Shown: piece by piece, positions 50,083-59,492 of the stretch | Position numbering within the stretch: the stretch's first letter is position 1 | Layout: each line of letters opens with the position of its first letter | NCBI GenBank assembly: GCA_963842085.1 | Contig: CAWJET010000001.1 | Coordinates: forward strand, 1,088,001 to 1,152,000 | DNA from: an uncultured delta proteobacterium | GTDB lineage: Bacteria; Desulfobacterota; Binatia; Binatales; Binataceae | DNA: 64,000 bases | Direction of reading: 5' to 3' | The notes under the pieces: generated by a model | What the model saw: the letters and a program-made list of their open reading frames with translations, nothing else | Databases searched by the model: none | Told to the model about the DNA's origin: nothing | Program-made: the position numbers and the translations under genes

Positions 50083-50493
50083 CGCGCTCCGGCACTGGTT
50101 CAGTCTACCGAGACGACCAAACTGCGCGATTTTTGACTGACCGAAAGCGGTCGAAAACCGCAATTTATACCATTCGTTGCGGTTCTGGGACGGCGCCACT
50201 ACCATCGGTGGGTTCGTTCCGTCAAAAAATGTTTTTGCGAGAGGCGGGCGTCGGAGGATTGCGGGCGCGAGCTGGGCGAGCGTGAGGCATCCTGACGGAG
50301 CGTCCATAACCGTATGCGTAGCACGATAAATCGGGCGGGTTCAGGCTGAACTAGTTCATCCGCAACCGCGCCGCGCTCCAAGTTCCATTGCTGAACCAGC
50401 GCGGAAGCCGCGGGCGCCGTTACATCTTTGGCGCGGTAGGATATAAAGTTCCGAGATTCACGCGCGCGCAATTTCGCGAGGGTTATTCATTCG

Positions 50494-51753
50494 ATGCCAT
50501 CAGAGTTGCTGAAGGGGTTTCGCCTGCTCGATTTGACCGACGAGAAGGGCGCGCTGTGCGGGAAGATGTTCGCTGACCTCGGCGCTGAGGTTATCAAGGT
50601 CGAGCCGCCGGGCGGATGCTCGACGCGGCGCATCCCGCCGTATCTTGAAGACAAAGCCGATGCCGAGCACTGCCTCTATTCGATCGCCTATCACGCCGGC
50701 AAAAAATCCGTGACCGCCAATCTTACCGCTGACGACGGGCGCGCACTCGTCGCCGACCTCGCGGCACAATCCGATTTTCTCGTGGAGTCGTACCCGCTCG
50801 GCTATCTCGACTCGATCGGGCTCGGCTACGACGCGCTCGCCAAGCGCAATCCGCGCCTCATCTACGCGTCGATCACGCCGTTCGGCGACACCGGTCCCGG
50901 CAAAGACTACCAATGGGCCGACATCATCACGTGGGCGGCCGGCGGCATGATGTACCTGATGGGCGAGGAGGGAAAGCCTCCGCTCCAGATGAGTTTGCCG
51001 CAAGCCGGGTTGCACGCCGGCGGCGAGGCGGCGGTCGCGATGATGCTCGCGCACTACCCGCGCCAGATCGACGGGCTCGGCCAGCGCATCGTGGTCAACA
51101 TGCAAGCCTGCATCGTGTGGACGCTGATGAACGAGCAGGCGATGCCGTTCCTGCACGGCAGCCATCTCTCGCGCACGGGGATTTTCGTCGGCTCGGCCGA
51201 CGTGCGGCGCAAGATGGTGTACGAGTGCAAGGACGGTCACATCTCGATCCTGGTCGCGGGCGGCATGACCTTTGGCAATTCGACCAAGGCGCTGATCGAG
51301 TGGATGCGCGAGAACGGCTTCGGCTCGGACTGGATGCGGACCAAGGATTGGGTTTCGTGGATACCCGGCGTCTTCATGAAGATGACCGAGCAGGACTACA
51401 AGGAGATCGAGGAACTAGAGACCACGATCCAGCGCTTCCTGATGACGATGACCAAGCACGAAATCTACACGCAGGGACTCAAGCGCCGGATCTTTCTGGC
51501 GCCGGTCGCGACCGCAGCCGACATCGCCGGCGACGAGCAGCTCAAAGCGCGCGACTTCTGGACCCCGGTGCCGCACGACACGATCGGGGGCACGCTCACG
51601 TTTCCGGGACCGTTCGCGAAGCTGTCCGCGACGCCGATTGGAGGGACAGTACGCGCGCCGCGAGTCGGCGAGCATAGCGACGAGATTTACCGCGGCCTGC
51701 TGGGCCTCGGGGTGGAGCGGCTGAACCAGCTCCGAGCCGCCGGCTCAATCTAG
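50494..51753 (+). CDS. Family III CoA transferase (CaiB/BaiF), probable non-catalytic BbsE-like subunit
   Basis: ADLGAEVIKVEPPGG, GKKSV, NPRLIYASITPFG.TGP. Catalytic Asp position not evident (LPQAGLHAG). Confidence 0.88.
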   Translation: MPSELLKGFRLLDLTDEKGALCGKMFADLGAEVIKVEPPGGCSTRRIPPYLEDKADAEHCLYSIAYHAGKKSVTANLTADDGRALVADLAAQSDFLVESYPLGYLDSIGLGYDALAKRNPRLIYASITPFGDTGPGKDYQWADIITWAAGGMMYLMGEEGKPPLQMSLPQAGLHAGGEAAVAMMLAHYPRQIDGLGQRIVVNMQACIVWTLMNEQAMPFLHGSHLSRTGIFVGSADVRRKMVYECKDGHISILVAGGMTFGNSTKALIEWMRENGFGSDWMRTKDWVSWIPGVFMKMTEQDYKEIEELETTIQRFLMTMTKHEIYTQGLKRRIFLAPVATAADIAGDEQLKARDFWTPVPHDTIGGTLTFPGPFAKLSATPIGGTVRAPRVGEHSDEIYRGLLGLGVERLNQLRAAGSI

Positions 51754-51754
51754 C

Positions 51755-51930
51755 CAGGAGAATTCGAGGCCTTTGCAAAACTCCCGCAAGCGTTCGGAAC
51801 AGAGAAGCAGAATCTTGAATCGCGCGCGACAAAGCGCGCTGTATAGGGACCCTCCCCTTCATCCTCGCCCTAACAGGGCGAGGAGACAGACGGCCTCGCA
51901 GATAATGCAAAGCTCTCAGGAGAATTCGAG
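51755..51930. mobile_element. MITE/REP-like insertion flanked by a 14-bp direct repeat
   Basis: CAGGAGAATTCGAG at 51755-51768 and 51917-51930. Imperfect terminal IRs GAGGCCTTTGCA / TGCAAAGCTCTC. Internal hairpin 51862-51884. Confidence 0.65.
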
Positions 51931-53148
51931 ATGAGCCGTTTCGCACTTGAAGGAGTCCACATTCTCGACTTCGCCTGGGTCGGGGTAGGTCCGATCACGA
52001 CCAAGTATTTCGCCGACAATGGCGCCGACGTGATTCGGGTCGAGTCGGCCGCGCGCCCCGACGTGCTGCGAATCGGGCCGCCGTGGAAAGACGCGATGCC
52101 CGGCATCAACCGCAGCCAGTTTTTCGCCAGCTACAATACCTCGAAAAAGGGAATCACGCTCGACTTGAGCAAACCCAAAGCGCGCGAACTGGCCAAGCGC
52201 CTGGTGCCGTGGGCCGACATCGTCGTCGAGAGTTTCACTCCGAAGGCGATGCGCGGCTGGGGACTCGACTACGACAGCCTGCGCGAGCTGCGCCCCGACC
52301 TGATCATGCTGTCGACCTGCATGCAGGGGCAGACCGGGCCCAACGCGCTTTACCCCGGCTTCGGCCAGTTGATGGCCGCGCTGTCGGGCTTCTACTACAT
52401 CTCGGGTTACGGCCCCGGCTCATGCACGCCGCCGTACGGCGCCTACACCGATTTCATCGCGCCGCGCTTTTCCGCGGTCGCGCTGCTGGCGGCGCTCGAC
52501 TATCGCCGCCGCACCGGGGTCGGCCAGTACATCGACATGGCGCAATACGAGGCGGCGATGCAGAATCTCGCGCCGGCGCTGATCGATTACTTCGCAACCG
52601 GGCGCGTGCTGGGCCCGCGCGGCAACGCGTCCGAGCGCTACGCTCCGCACGGCGCCTATCGATGCGCCGATGAGGACGGCAACGAGCGATGGATCGCGAT
52701 CGCCGTCGCGGGCGACGCGCAATGGCGCGCGATGCTCGCTGCGCTCGCGACAGATTCCACCGACCCGCGCTTTGCGACTGCGCCCGCGCGTGTCGAAAAT
52801 GCAGCCGCGGTCGACCAGTTCGTCGGCTCGCTCACGCGCGCTCACAACGCGCACGATCTGACCGCGAAGTTGCAGGCCGCCGGAGTGGCAGCCTATCCGG
52901 TCGAGAACTGCGTCGACATCCACCAGGACGACAACCTCGAGGCGTTCGGCTTCTGGCATTGGCTCGAGCACAAGGAAATGGGCGCGTCGCCGTACGAAGG
53001 ACTCGAGCATCGCATGAGCCACACGCCGGGCACGCTGCGCTCGGCCGCGCCGATTCTCGGCCAGGACAACGACGAAGTCTTCCGCGGGATGCTCTCGCTC
53101 AGCGCCGACGAGATCGAGCAGCTAAAGAAAGAGAACGTGATATTCTGA
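51931..53148 (+). CDS. Family III CoA transferase (CaiB/BaiF), probable catalytic BbsF-like subunit
   Basis: DFAWVGVGP, GADVIRVES, N.SKKGITLDL, GAYTDF with catalytic Asp. Confidence 0.9.
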   Translation: MSRFALEGVHILDFAWVGVGPITTKYFADNGADVIRVESAARPDVLRIGPPWKDAMPGINRSQFFASYNTSKKGITLDLSKPKARELAKRLVPWADIVVESFTPKAMRGWGLDYDSLRELRPDLIMLSTCMQGQTGPNALYPGFGQLMAALSGFYYISGYGPGSCTPPYGAYTDFIAPRFSAVALLAALDYRRRTGVGQYIDMAQYEAAMQNLAPALIDYFATGRVLGPRGNASERYAPHGAYRCADEDGNERWIAIAVAGDAQWRAMLAALATDSTDPRFATAPARVENAAAVDQFVGSLTRAHNAHDLTAKLQAAGVAAYPVENCVDIHQDDNLEAFGFWHWLEHKEMGASPYEGLEHRMSHTPGTLRSAAPILGQDNDEVFRGMLSLSADEIEQLKKENVIF

Positions 53149-53168
53149 GTTCCGATCCGCTGGCTGCC

Positions 53169-54419
53169 GTGCGATACGAACTCAAAATTGCGCTCCGCTA
53201 TTTGCGCGCGCGCCGCAAAGACGGCTTCATCTCGATCACGACGATATTTACCGCGGTCGGCGTGATGATCGGGGTCGCCGCGCTTACCGTGACGCTGTCC
53301 GTGATGGGCGGCTTCGAGCAGAACATCAAGGAACGCGTGCTGAACCTCAGCCCGCAAGTGCAGATACTCAATTCGCAGGGATCGATCGACAATTACGCCG
53401 AGATCGAGAAGCGGGTCGCCGGTGTGCCGGGTGTCAACGGCGCGGAGTCGTATATCGTGGGTCAGGCGATGCTGAGTTCGGGGCGCGGAATCGGCGGCGT
53501 CGTCGTGCGCGGCATCGAGCCGAACAATCCCGTGGTGCGGGAGCAATGGGGACGCTACATGACGGCCGGCAGCCTCGCCGATCTGTCGCGGAGCTACTCG
53601 ATTCCGGCCAGCACTGCGGGCCCCGCGGTTACCACCGGCGGCCTCGCCATCGGAGTCAGCCTCGCGAAAAAACTCAAGGCCAAACCGGGCGACGCGGTCC
53701 GGATGGTCGCGCCGGTTATTTCGCCCGACGGATCGCTTTCGACCAAGAGCGGCCAATTCGTTGTCGGCGCGATCTTCGACTCGGGCATGAACTTCATCGA
53801 CACCAACATGGTGTTCATGGATCTCGCGCACGCCCAGGATTTCTTCGGCCGCACCGGCAAGGTCGACGGCGTCGATATTCATCTGACCAATCTCGACCAG
53901 ACCGACGCGGTCACCGACGCGGTGCGCAAGCTGTTCCCGGACCCTTACCGGGTCCGCAACTGGATCGAGTTCAACGAGTCCGCCGCCGCCGGCTTCGCGT
54001 TGCTCAAGCGGGTCTATGCGCTCGTGCTCGTAATGCTGATCGGGGTCGCGGCGTTCAACCTCGTCGCGACGTTGATCATGGTCGTAATGGAAAAGCGCAA
54101 GGACATCGCCGTGCTGATCGCGATGGGTGCGACGCGGCGCGACGTGCGACTGATCTTCGTGCTGAAGGGACTGATCGTCGGCGCAGCAGGCACCGTCGCC
54201 GGACTGATGCTCGGCGCGGCCGGATGCTTCGCGCTGGCGCGTTACCAGTTCATTCACATCCCGCGCGAAATTTACGGCATCTCAACGCTGCCGATCGCGG
54301 TTGCGCCGTCGAACTTCGCCGCCGTCGCGCTGGCGTCGATGGTGCTGTGCCTGCTGGCGACCGTTTATCCGGCCCGGCAAGCATCGCGCGAGATGCCGGT
54401 CGAAATCTTCCGCTCCTAG
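53169..54419 (+). CDS. LolC/E family lipoprotein-releasing ABC permease
   Basis: IALRYLRAR, GV.IGVAAL...LSVMGGF, VAAFN..ATL.M.VMEKRKDIA.L..MGA, YPARQA. Confidence 0.92.
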   Translation: MRYELKIALRYLRARRKDGFISITTIFTAVGVMIGVAALTVTLSVMGGFEQNIKERVLNLSPQVQILNSQGSIDNYAEIEKRVAGVPGVNGAESYIVGQAMLSSGRGIGGVVVRGIEPNNPVVREQWGRYMTAGSLADLSRSYSIPASTAGPAVTTGGLAIGVSLAKKLKAKPGDAVRMVAPVISPDGSLSTKSGQFVVGAIFDSGMNFIDTNMVFMDLAHAQDFFGRTGKVDGVDIHLTNLDQTDAVTDAVRKLFPDPYRVRNWIEFNESAAAGFALLKRVYALVLVMLIGVAAFNLVATLIMVVMEKRKDIAVLIAMGATRRDVRLIFVLKGLIVGAAGTVAGLMLGAAGCFALARYQFIHIPREIYGISTLPIAVAPSNFAAVALASMVLCLLATVYPARQASREMPVEIFRS

Positions 54420-54467
54420 CTCCTCCGCAGGCCCCACCCCAACGTACGCGGACAGTGAAAAAACTGA

Positions 54468-54755
54468 CTACTGATTATTTGGCGTGTGATTCGTATTCGT
54501 GGGGGGCTTGCCGGCGAGCTTCGGTTTGCGGACGACCAGGGTCTCATGACCGCGAACCTTGATCGTACGTGCGGGCTCTGACGAAAAGTTCTGGTTGGCT
54601 CCGTCAGCATGCCGCGGCCGCGACGAAGTGCGCTTGCGCCGCCAGTTGTTGAGCTCCTTCGACAGTTTTGAGGCCAGCGAATCGTTATCCTGGCCGTTCT
54701 CGGTCGATTCTCCGCTTTCCTTGTTGAGGTCGCCCTCAAACTCCGCGGAACTCAT
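54468..54755 (-). CDS. Hypothetical small hydrophilic protein
   Basis: 95-aa ORF filling an otherwise empty gap. Acidic N-half, basic C-half. No recognised family. Confidence 0.35.
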   Translation of the reverse strand: MSSAEFEGDLNKESGESTENGQDNDSLASKLSKELNNWRRKRTSSRPRHADGANQNFSSEPARTIKVRGHETLVVRKPKLAGKPPTNTNHTPNNQ

Positions 54756-55049
54756 TTGCGTTCGCTCTTCCTGTGACGTGGATTTGTCCTCCTTATCCTT
54801 AAGACTGTTTTGAGAAACAGAATTTTAGTTCACGAAATTGATGTACTAGCAGTAATCGGCGCCCGCTTTCGCGGCAGCCTTGGGTCGTTAAGTCAGTGGA
54901 TAAGATGGTGTCTCGACTGCGTACCGAATCTGAGTTTTATCGCGGCTTGGGACGATTTTTGTGTGGGATTCTTTCAGGCGGATTTTCCGCCGGCCGGGCT
55001 TGAGCGGCTCCGGCCGGCGTTCAATTCATTGGTATCTTCGATGCACGCT

Positions 55050-55382
55050 TCAGGCAAACAGACTCTGCATCCGCAGCGCGAGGCCCATGTCGCCCGCGAT
55101 TCGCAGTTTGCCGCTCATGAACGCGACCTGCCCGTTGAGCTTGCCGGTCGTCATGTCGACGTAGTCCTGCGCCGTCATTGAGATCGTGATGCTCGGTGAC
55201 GCGGCCGGTCCTTCTTTGACTTCGCAGGTCTCATTATTGATGACCACGTGCCACTTGCCGCCGTTATCGCCCGAGAGGTCGAATTGGTAGGTTGCATTCA
55301 AACCCTTCGCTGCGTCTTTGTTGAACCGACTCGGCATCGCCGCGAAGATTTCTTTGGGAGTAGTAGGTGCTGCATCAGCCAT
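55050..55382 (-). CDS. SCP2 sterol-binding domain protein
   Basis: YQFDLSGDNGGKW, G.LNGQVAFMSGKLRIAGDMGLA. Confidence 0.92.
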   Translation of the reverse strand: MADAAPTTPKEIFAAMPSRFNKDAAKGLNATYQFDLSGDNGGKWHVVINNETCEVKEGPAASPSITISMTAQDYVDMTTGKLNGQVAFMSGKLRIAGDMGLALRMQSLFA

Positions 55383-55519
55383 GTGAAATTCGAATCCTCC
55401 TGGTGGGAGCGGCCTGTGCCGCGCTCTTTCAGCCATATAAGCGTTCGGCTCGAACCGTGTCAATAGTACCACGCCCCACGTGATTAATCACGCCCGGCGG
55501 CATCGCCTCATCGCGCAAA

Positions 55520-57037
55520 TCAGAATCCGAACATGTTTCCCGGCACGACGGTGATGATATTGCCTCGCACATGCACCGGCGACGCGGTCTCGGTGATCGT
55601 CACTGCCTGCTGTTTTTGCGCTTCGGTCTTGACCGTGCCGCTCAGGTACGCGTCGTGGCCGATCACCTTGACCGTCACGCTGTTGAGTCCGGCGGCATAA
55701 AGCTGCGACGCGATCGCGGCCTGGCGCGCGGCCCAATCGGCCTGGTCGGTTGACAGCGAATCGATCACGTTGCCCACTCCGGGCACCTGGCGCACGAGCT
55801 TCTCCGCGTACAGCTTGGCGTCGTTGTCGAACACCTTGCCGAAAATCGTCACCGTGCTGCCACTGGTATAGCAGTTCACGCGCCGCGTCCTCGGATTCGA
55901 CGACAGCACCTGCAGCACGCGCTGCTGCAAGGTGAGAGTCGGCGGCCTGGGCGGGACGTGATGCCTGCGCGGAGGACGAGGAGGCGGCGGGGCCGGCGCA
56001 GGTGCGACGGCAGCCACTGGCGGCGTTTCGACTGGCGCCGGCGTCGGCGCTATGGCCTCCGACGGCGCCGGCGCGCTGGCGAATTCCGGCGCCTCGGTCG
56101 GGCTCAGTCCCGCCAGGCTGGTGCTGAGTTGCGACTCGAGCGCAGCCCTGGTCGCCGGGTCGTTGGTGAAAATAATCGGATAATCGATCTCGACCTCGCT
56201 GCCGCTGAACGGCGCATAATTCCAGGTCGAAACGTCCTTCACCACTTCCGCGTCGAACGCCGGATTCGGATTGGTGGACGTCCTCACCGACGCCGCATCC
56301 ACGCTGCCGTTGGGCAGCACCCTGACGCGCACCACCATCGCATCGCGCAGGGTGCTGTCACCGGCCAGTGCGTGCTCATAGCTGTCGAGCAATCCGTCCT
56401 TGTGATCCTCGAAAAATTTACGCGCCGTATCCTGGTTGCGCTCGGGCGCCGACGCCGACTCGCCCGTCACCTGCACGCTCATCCCATTCGCCAGCGCCAC
56501 CAGCGGGCCGGTCGGCGCCGGGGCGGCGATCGACGCGACCGCCGACGGCGACGCGTTCGCCACCGGCTGCTCCGCACCCTTGGTGCTGAGATGAAGCGCC
56601 AGCCACGCGCCGCCTCCCAGCGCGACGATCGCGGCGATCAGATAGCCAACGACGCCGAGCAGCCCGCGGCCTTCTTTTTCGCCGTCGTCGTCCGGCATCC
56701 TGCCCGTGATTCGCATCGACGGCGACGAATCGCGCCGCACGGTTGCGGTGCGCGGCGGAGCCGAGCGCGGCGGCGGCGATGGCGGCGGTGTGTACTGCTC
56801 CGCAGCCGATTCCACTCCAAGTCGCGCGCCGCAGAAGTTGCAGATAAGTTCGCCCGGCTGCGCCTTGCCGCCGCAGACCGGACACTCGATTTGCGCGCCC
56901 TCCTGGCCCGCGCCGGCCGGCACCGGTCCGGGGCCTTCGGCAAAGGCGGGGCCGGCCTGCACCAGCGCGGTGCCGTCGGTTTCGCAAAACGTTTCCGAGT
57001 CGGGGTAGGTTTTTTCGCAGCGGGGGCACCTTTTCAT
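55520..57037 (-). CDS. Zinc-ribbon / TM / TonB-C-like (AgmX/PglI C-terminal) / double BON domain protein
   Basis: CPRC..FCETDG, CPVC...CNFC, one TM, Y..AL..D..L......V.V..NGSV...W.Y.P....EV.I.YP..F, Pro-rich linker, two BON-like repeats. Confidence 0.7.
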   Translation of the reverse strand: MKRCPRCEKTYPDSETFCETDGTALVQAGPAFAEGPGPVPAGAGQEGAQIECPVCGGKAQPGELICNFCGARLGVESAAEQYTPPPSPPPRSAPPRTATVRRDSSPSMRITGRMPDDDGEKEGRGLLGVVGYLIAAIVALGGGAWLALHLSTKGAEQPVANASPSAVASIAAPAPTGPLVALANGMSVQVTGESASAPERNQDTARKFFEDHKDGLLDSYEHALAGDSTLRDAMVVRVRVLPNGSVDAASVRTSTNPNPAFDAEVVKDVSTWNYAPFSGSEVEIDYPIIFTNDPATRAALESQLSTSLAGLSPTEAPEFASAPAPSEAIAPTPAPVETPPVAAVAPAPAPPPPRPPRRHHVPPRPPTLTLQQRVLQVLSSNPRTRRVNCYTSGSTVTIFGKVFDNDAKLYAEKLVRQVPGVGNVIDSLSTDQADWAARQAAIASQLYAAGLNSVTVKVIGHDAYLSGTVKTEAQKQQAVTITETASPVHVRGNIITVVPGNMFGF

Positions 57038-57098
57038 GTTGGCAAGAAATCCTCCGGCGCAAGTTTCGATGATATCCGCGCGAATTGCGACACGCCGA

Positions 57099-57959
57099 TC
57101 ATTGCCTGGCGATCACCTCGGCGCCGAATTTTTCCATCGACGCGATATGCTCCCGCGTCGTCGCGGCCGGCCCGACGATTATTCGCGACACGCCCATCTC
57201 GGCGAATCGCTGGATATCCCCGGGCTTCAATTGTTCGCGCAACCTGCTCACCGTAATTTCCAGCGGCGTCGTCCGCCCGGCTGCGCGCTCATGCTCTCGC
57301 AGGCGCTTGATCGTCGCAGCGATCTCGTCGTCGCCCTCTGCAATTCCGTACCAGCCGTCGCCGAGCCTGGCTGCGCGCTTGAGCGACGGCTCGGTGTCGC
57401 CGCCGAACACGATCGGCGGATGCGGTTTCTGTGCCGGCTTGGGCATGAACTTGAATCCTTCGACACTGATCGTCTTGCCGTGATACTCGGGCGAGTCCTT
57501 GGTCCACAGCTCCTTCATCAGTGCGATATACTCGCGCGTGCGCAGCGCGCGGTCCTTGAAGTTCATCCCGACGCCTTCGAACTCCTCTTCGAGCCACCCG
57601 ATCCCGACGCCGAAAATGAACCGCCCGCCCGAAAGCACGTCCAGGCTGGCGACCGCCTTGGCAGTCGTGAAGGCGTTGCGAATCGGCAGCACGAAGACTC
57701 CCGTCGCCAGCCGAATCCTGGTGGTGACGCCGGCGACGTAAGCCAGCGCCAGCATCGGATCGTGCAGCGGCGTCTCCGGCGGCACGCCCATCCTGCCACT
57801 TGAAGAATACGGATACGGCGAGCGGTAGGTTACCGGCAGAATAATGTGCTCGGGAATCCACAAAGATTCGAAACCGCTTTCCTCGGCTTTGCGCGCGACT
57901 GCCGCGATACTGTTGGGCGAGGTCTGATACAAAAATGTTCCGAATTTCATTGGCTTCAA
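57099..57959 (-). CDS. LLM class (probably F420-dependent) oxidoreductase
   Basis: GFESLWIPEH, IRLATGV, LDVLSGGRFIFGVGIGWLEEEF, PKPAQKPHPPI. Confidence 0.9.
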   Translation of the reverse strand: MKPMKFGTFLYQTSPNSIAAVARKAEESGFESLWIPEHIILPVTYRSPYPYSSSGRMGVPPETPLHDPMLALAYVAGVTTRIRLATGVFVLPIRNAFTTAKAVASLDVLSGGRFIFGVGIGWLEEEFEGVGMNFKDRALRTREYIALMKELWTKDSPEYHGKTISVEGFKFMPKPAQKPHPPIVFGGDTEPSLKRAARLGDGWYGIAEGDDEIAATIKRLREHERAAGRTTPLEITVSRLREQLKPGDIQRFAEMGVSRIIVGPAATTREHIASMEKFGAEVIARQ

Positions 57960-57989
57960 CGCTCCCAGGCGCGACGTTTAACAATACTG

Positions 57990-59411
57990 CTAGTCAGTTT
58001 CCAGCTTCACCGCGAAGACCGCCGGATCCTCGATCGTGCGCAAATCGAGGATGAACGAGTCGTCGGCAACCCGCCCGATTATTCGCGCGCGCCGAAACAT
58101 CGCAGCGATCGAGTTAGCCGATTTCTCGGGATGCGTCACGCGGAGCGCGACCGACTTCAACTCCTCGACCGGCATCGCGCCCGAGCCGACCTGCGACGCC
58201 GCATCGACAATCTCGACCACGTAGCCGCCGTCCAGCCGCTCCGCGACGATCTCGCGGGCACGCGGCGCGATCGCGCCAATCTCACTCGCACGCCGCGCCA
58301 ATAGCCGGAGCGTCGGCAGCTCGGAGACCAGGTCGCCCGAGCGCAGATACAGCCTTATCGTCGCCGCGAGCGCCGCCAGCGTCAGCTTGTCGCATCTGAG
58401 CGCGCGCTTTAGCGGATTGCGCTTGATTCGATCGAGCGCGGCGCGCCGGCCCACGATCACGCCCGCCTGCGGACCGCCAAGCAGCTTGTCGCCCGAGAAG
58501 GTGACGACAGCCGCGCCCGCCGCGATTCGATCGCGCACAATCGGCTCGCGCGGGATGCCGAGCTCCGTCAGATCGATCAGCGCGCCCGCGCCCAGATCCT
58601 CCATCACGTCGATTCCGCGCGCGCGGCCGATTTCGACCAGGTTTTCCAGCGTCACTTCGCTGGTGAAGCCGACCACGCGGTAATTCGATGGATGCACTTT
58701 CAGCAGCAGGGCGGTCTCGGTCCCGATCGCATCCGCGTAGTCCCGCGGATGCGTCCGATTGGTCGTCCCCACCTCGTGGATAATCGCGCCGCTCTTTGCC
58801 ATCACGTCGGGCAATCGAAACGAGCCGCCAATTTCGATCATCTCGCCGCGCGATACGATTACTTCGCGCCCCTCCGCGAGCGAATTGAGCGCGAGCACGA
58901 CCGCGGCGGCGTTATTGTTCACAACGGTCGCGGCCTCGGCCCCGGTCAGCGCGCAGAGGTCGTCCTCGACCAGCGTGTCGCGGTCGCCGCGCGCGCCGGT
59001 CTCGAGATCGTATTCCAGGTTGACGGCAGAGCGCGCCGCCATCTCGACCGCCTCGATCGCCGATTCGGCGAGAAGTGCGCGTCCGAGATTGGTATGCAGC
59101 ACGACCCCGGTCGCATTTACGACCGGTCCAAGCACCGGCTCGTCGGCCGCGACGGCGCGCGCGGCGGCGCGCACGACAGCGTCGAGCATCGCCGCGCGAT
59201 CGCGCGGGGCGGCGCCGCGCCCCGCGAGAATGGCGGCGCGGATTTCCCCCTGCGCCCGCTGCAGCATCAGTTTGAGGTAGCTGCGGCCGAATCCCGCCAA
59301 CGCGGAATTCGCCTCCGCCGCGCGAAGGCACTCGTCGATCGGAGGGAGCGCGCGAATCAACTCGGCGCGCGCATCTGATTCCGCAGATTGTTTTCGCGAA
59401 TGCTTGGCCAT
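57990..59411 (-). CDS. selA: L-seryl-tRNA(Sec) selenium transferase
   Basis: VNATGVVLHTNLGRA, VNNNAAAV, SRGE.IEIGGSFR.P, VGTTNRTH, FSGDKLLGGPQAG. Confidence 0.97.
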   Translation of the reverse strand: MAKHSRKQSAESDARAELIRALPPIDECLRAAEANSALAGFGRSYLKLMLQRAQGEIRAAILAGRGAAPRDRAAMLDAVVRAAARAVAADEPVLGPVVNATGVVLHTNLGRALLAESAIEAVEMAARSAVNLEYDLETGARGDRDTLVEDDLCALTGAEAATVVNNNAAAVVLALNSLAEGREVIVSRGEMIEIGGSFRLPDVMAKSGAIIHEVGTTNRTHPRDYADAIGTETALLLKVHPSNYRVVGFTSEVTLENLVEIGRARGIDVMEDLGAGALIDLTELGIPREPIVRDRIAAGAAVVTFSGDKLLGGPQAGVIVGRRAALDRIKRNPLKRALRCDKLTLAALAATIRLYLRSGDLVSELPTLRLLARRASEIGAIAPRAREIVAERLDGGYVVEIVDAASQVGSGAMPVEELKSVALRVTHPEKSANSIAAMFRRARIIGRVADDSFILDLRTIEDPAVFAVKLETD

Positions 59412-59492
59412 GGCGGGAAGATTATCAAAGACCGCCCCGGCCCGGCGCAACCGCAACTTCGCTAAGCGCTGGACAGAAACCCTGACACCAGA

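Noticed and set aside
47776-50307. 843-aa fusion ORF including RarA
   Set aside because: The upstream part is antisense to the pantothenate kinase. RarA starts at 49140.
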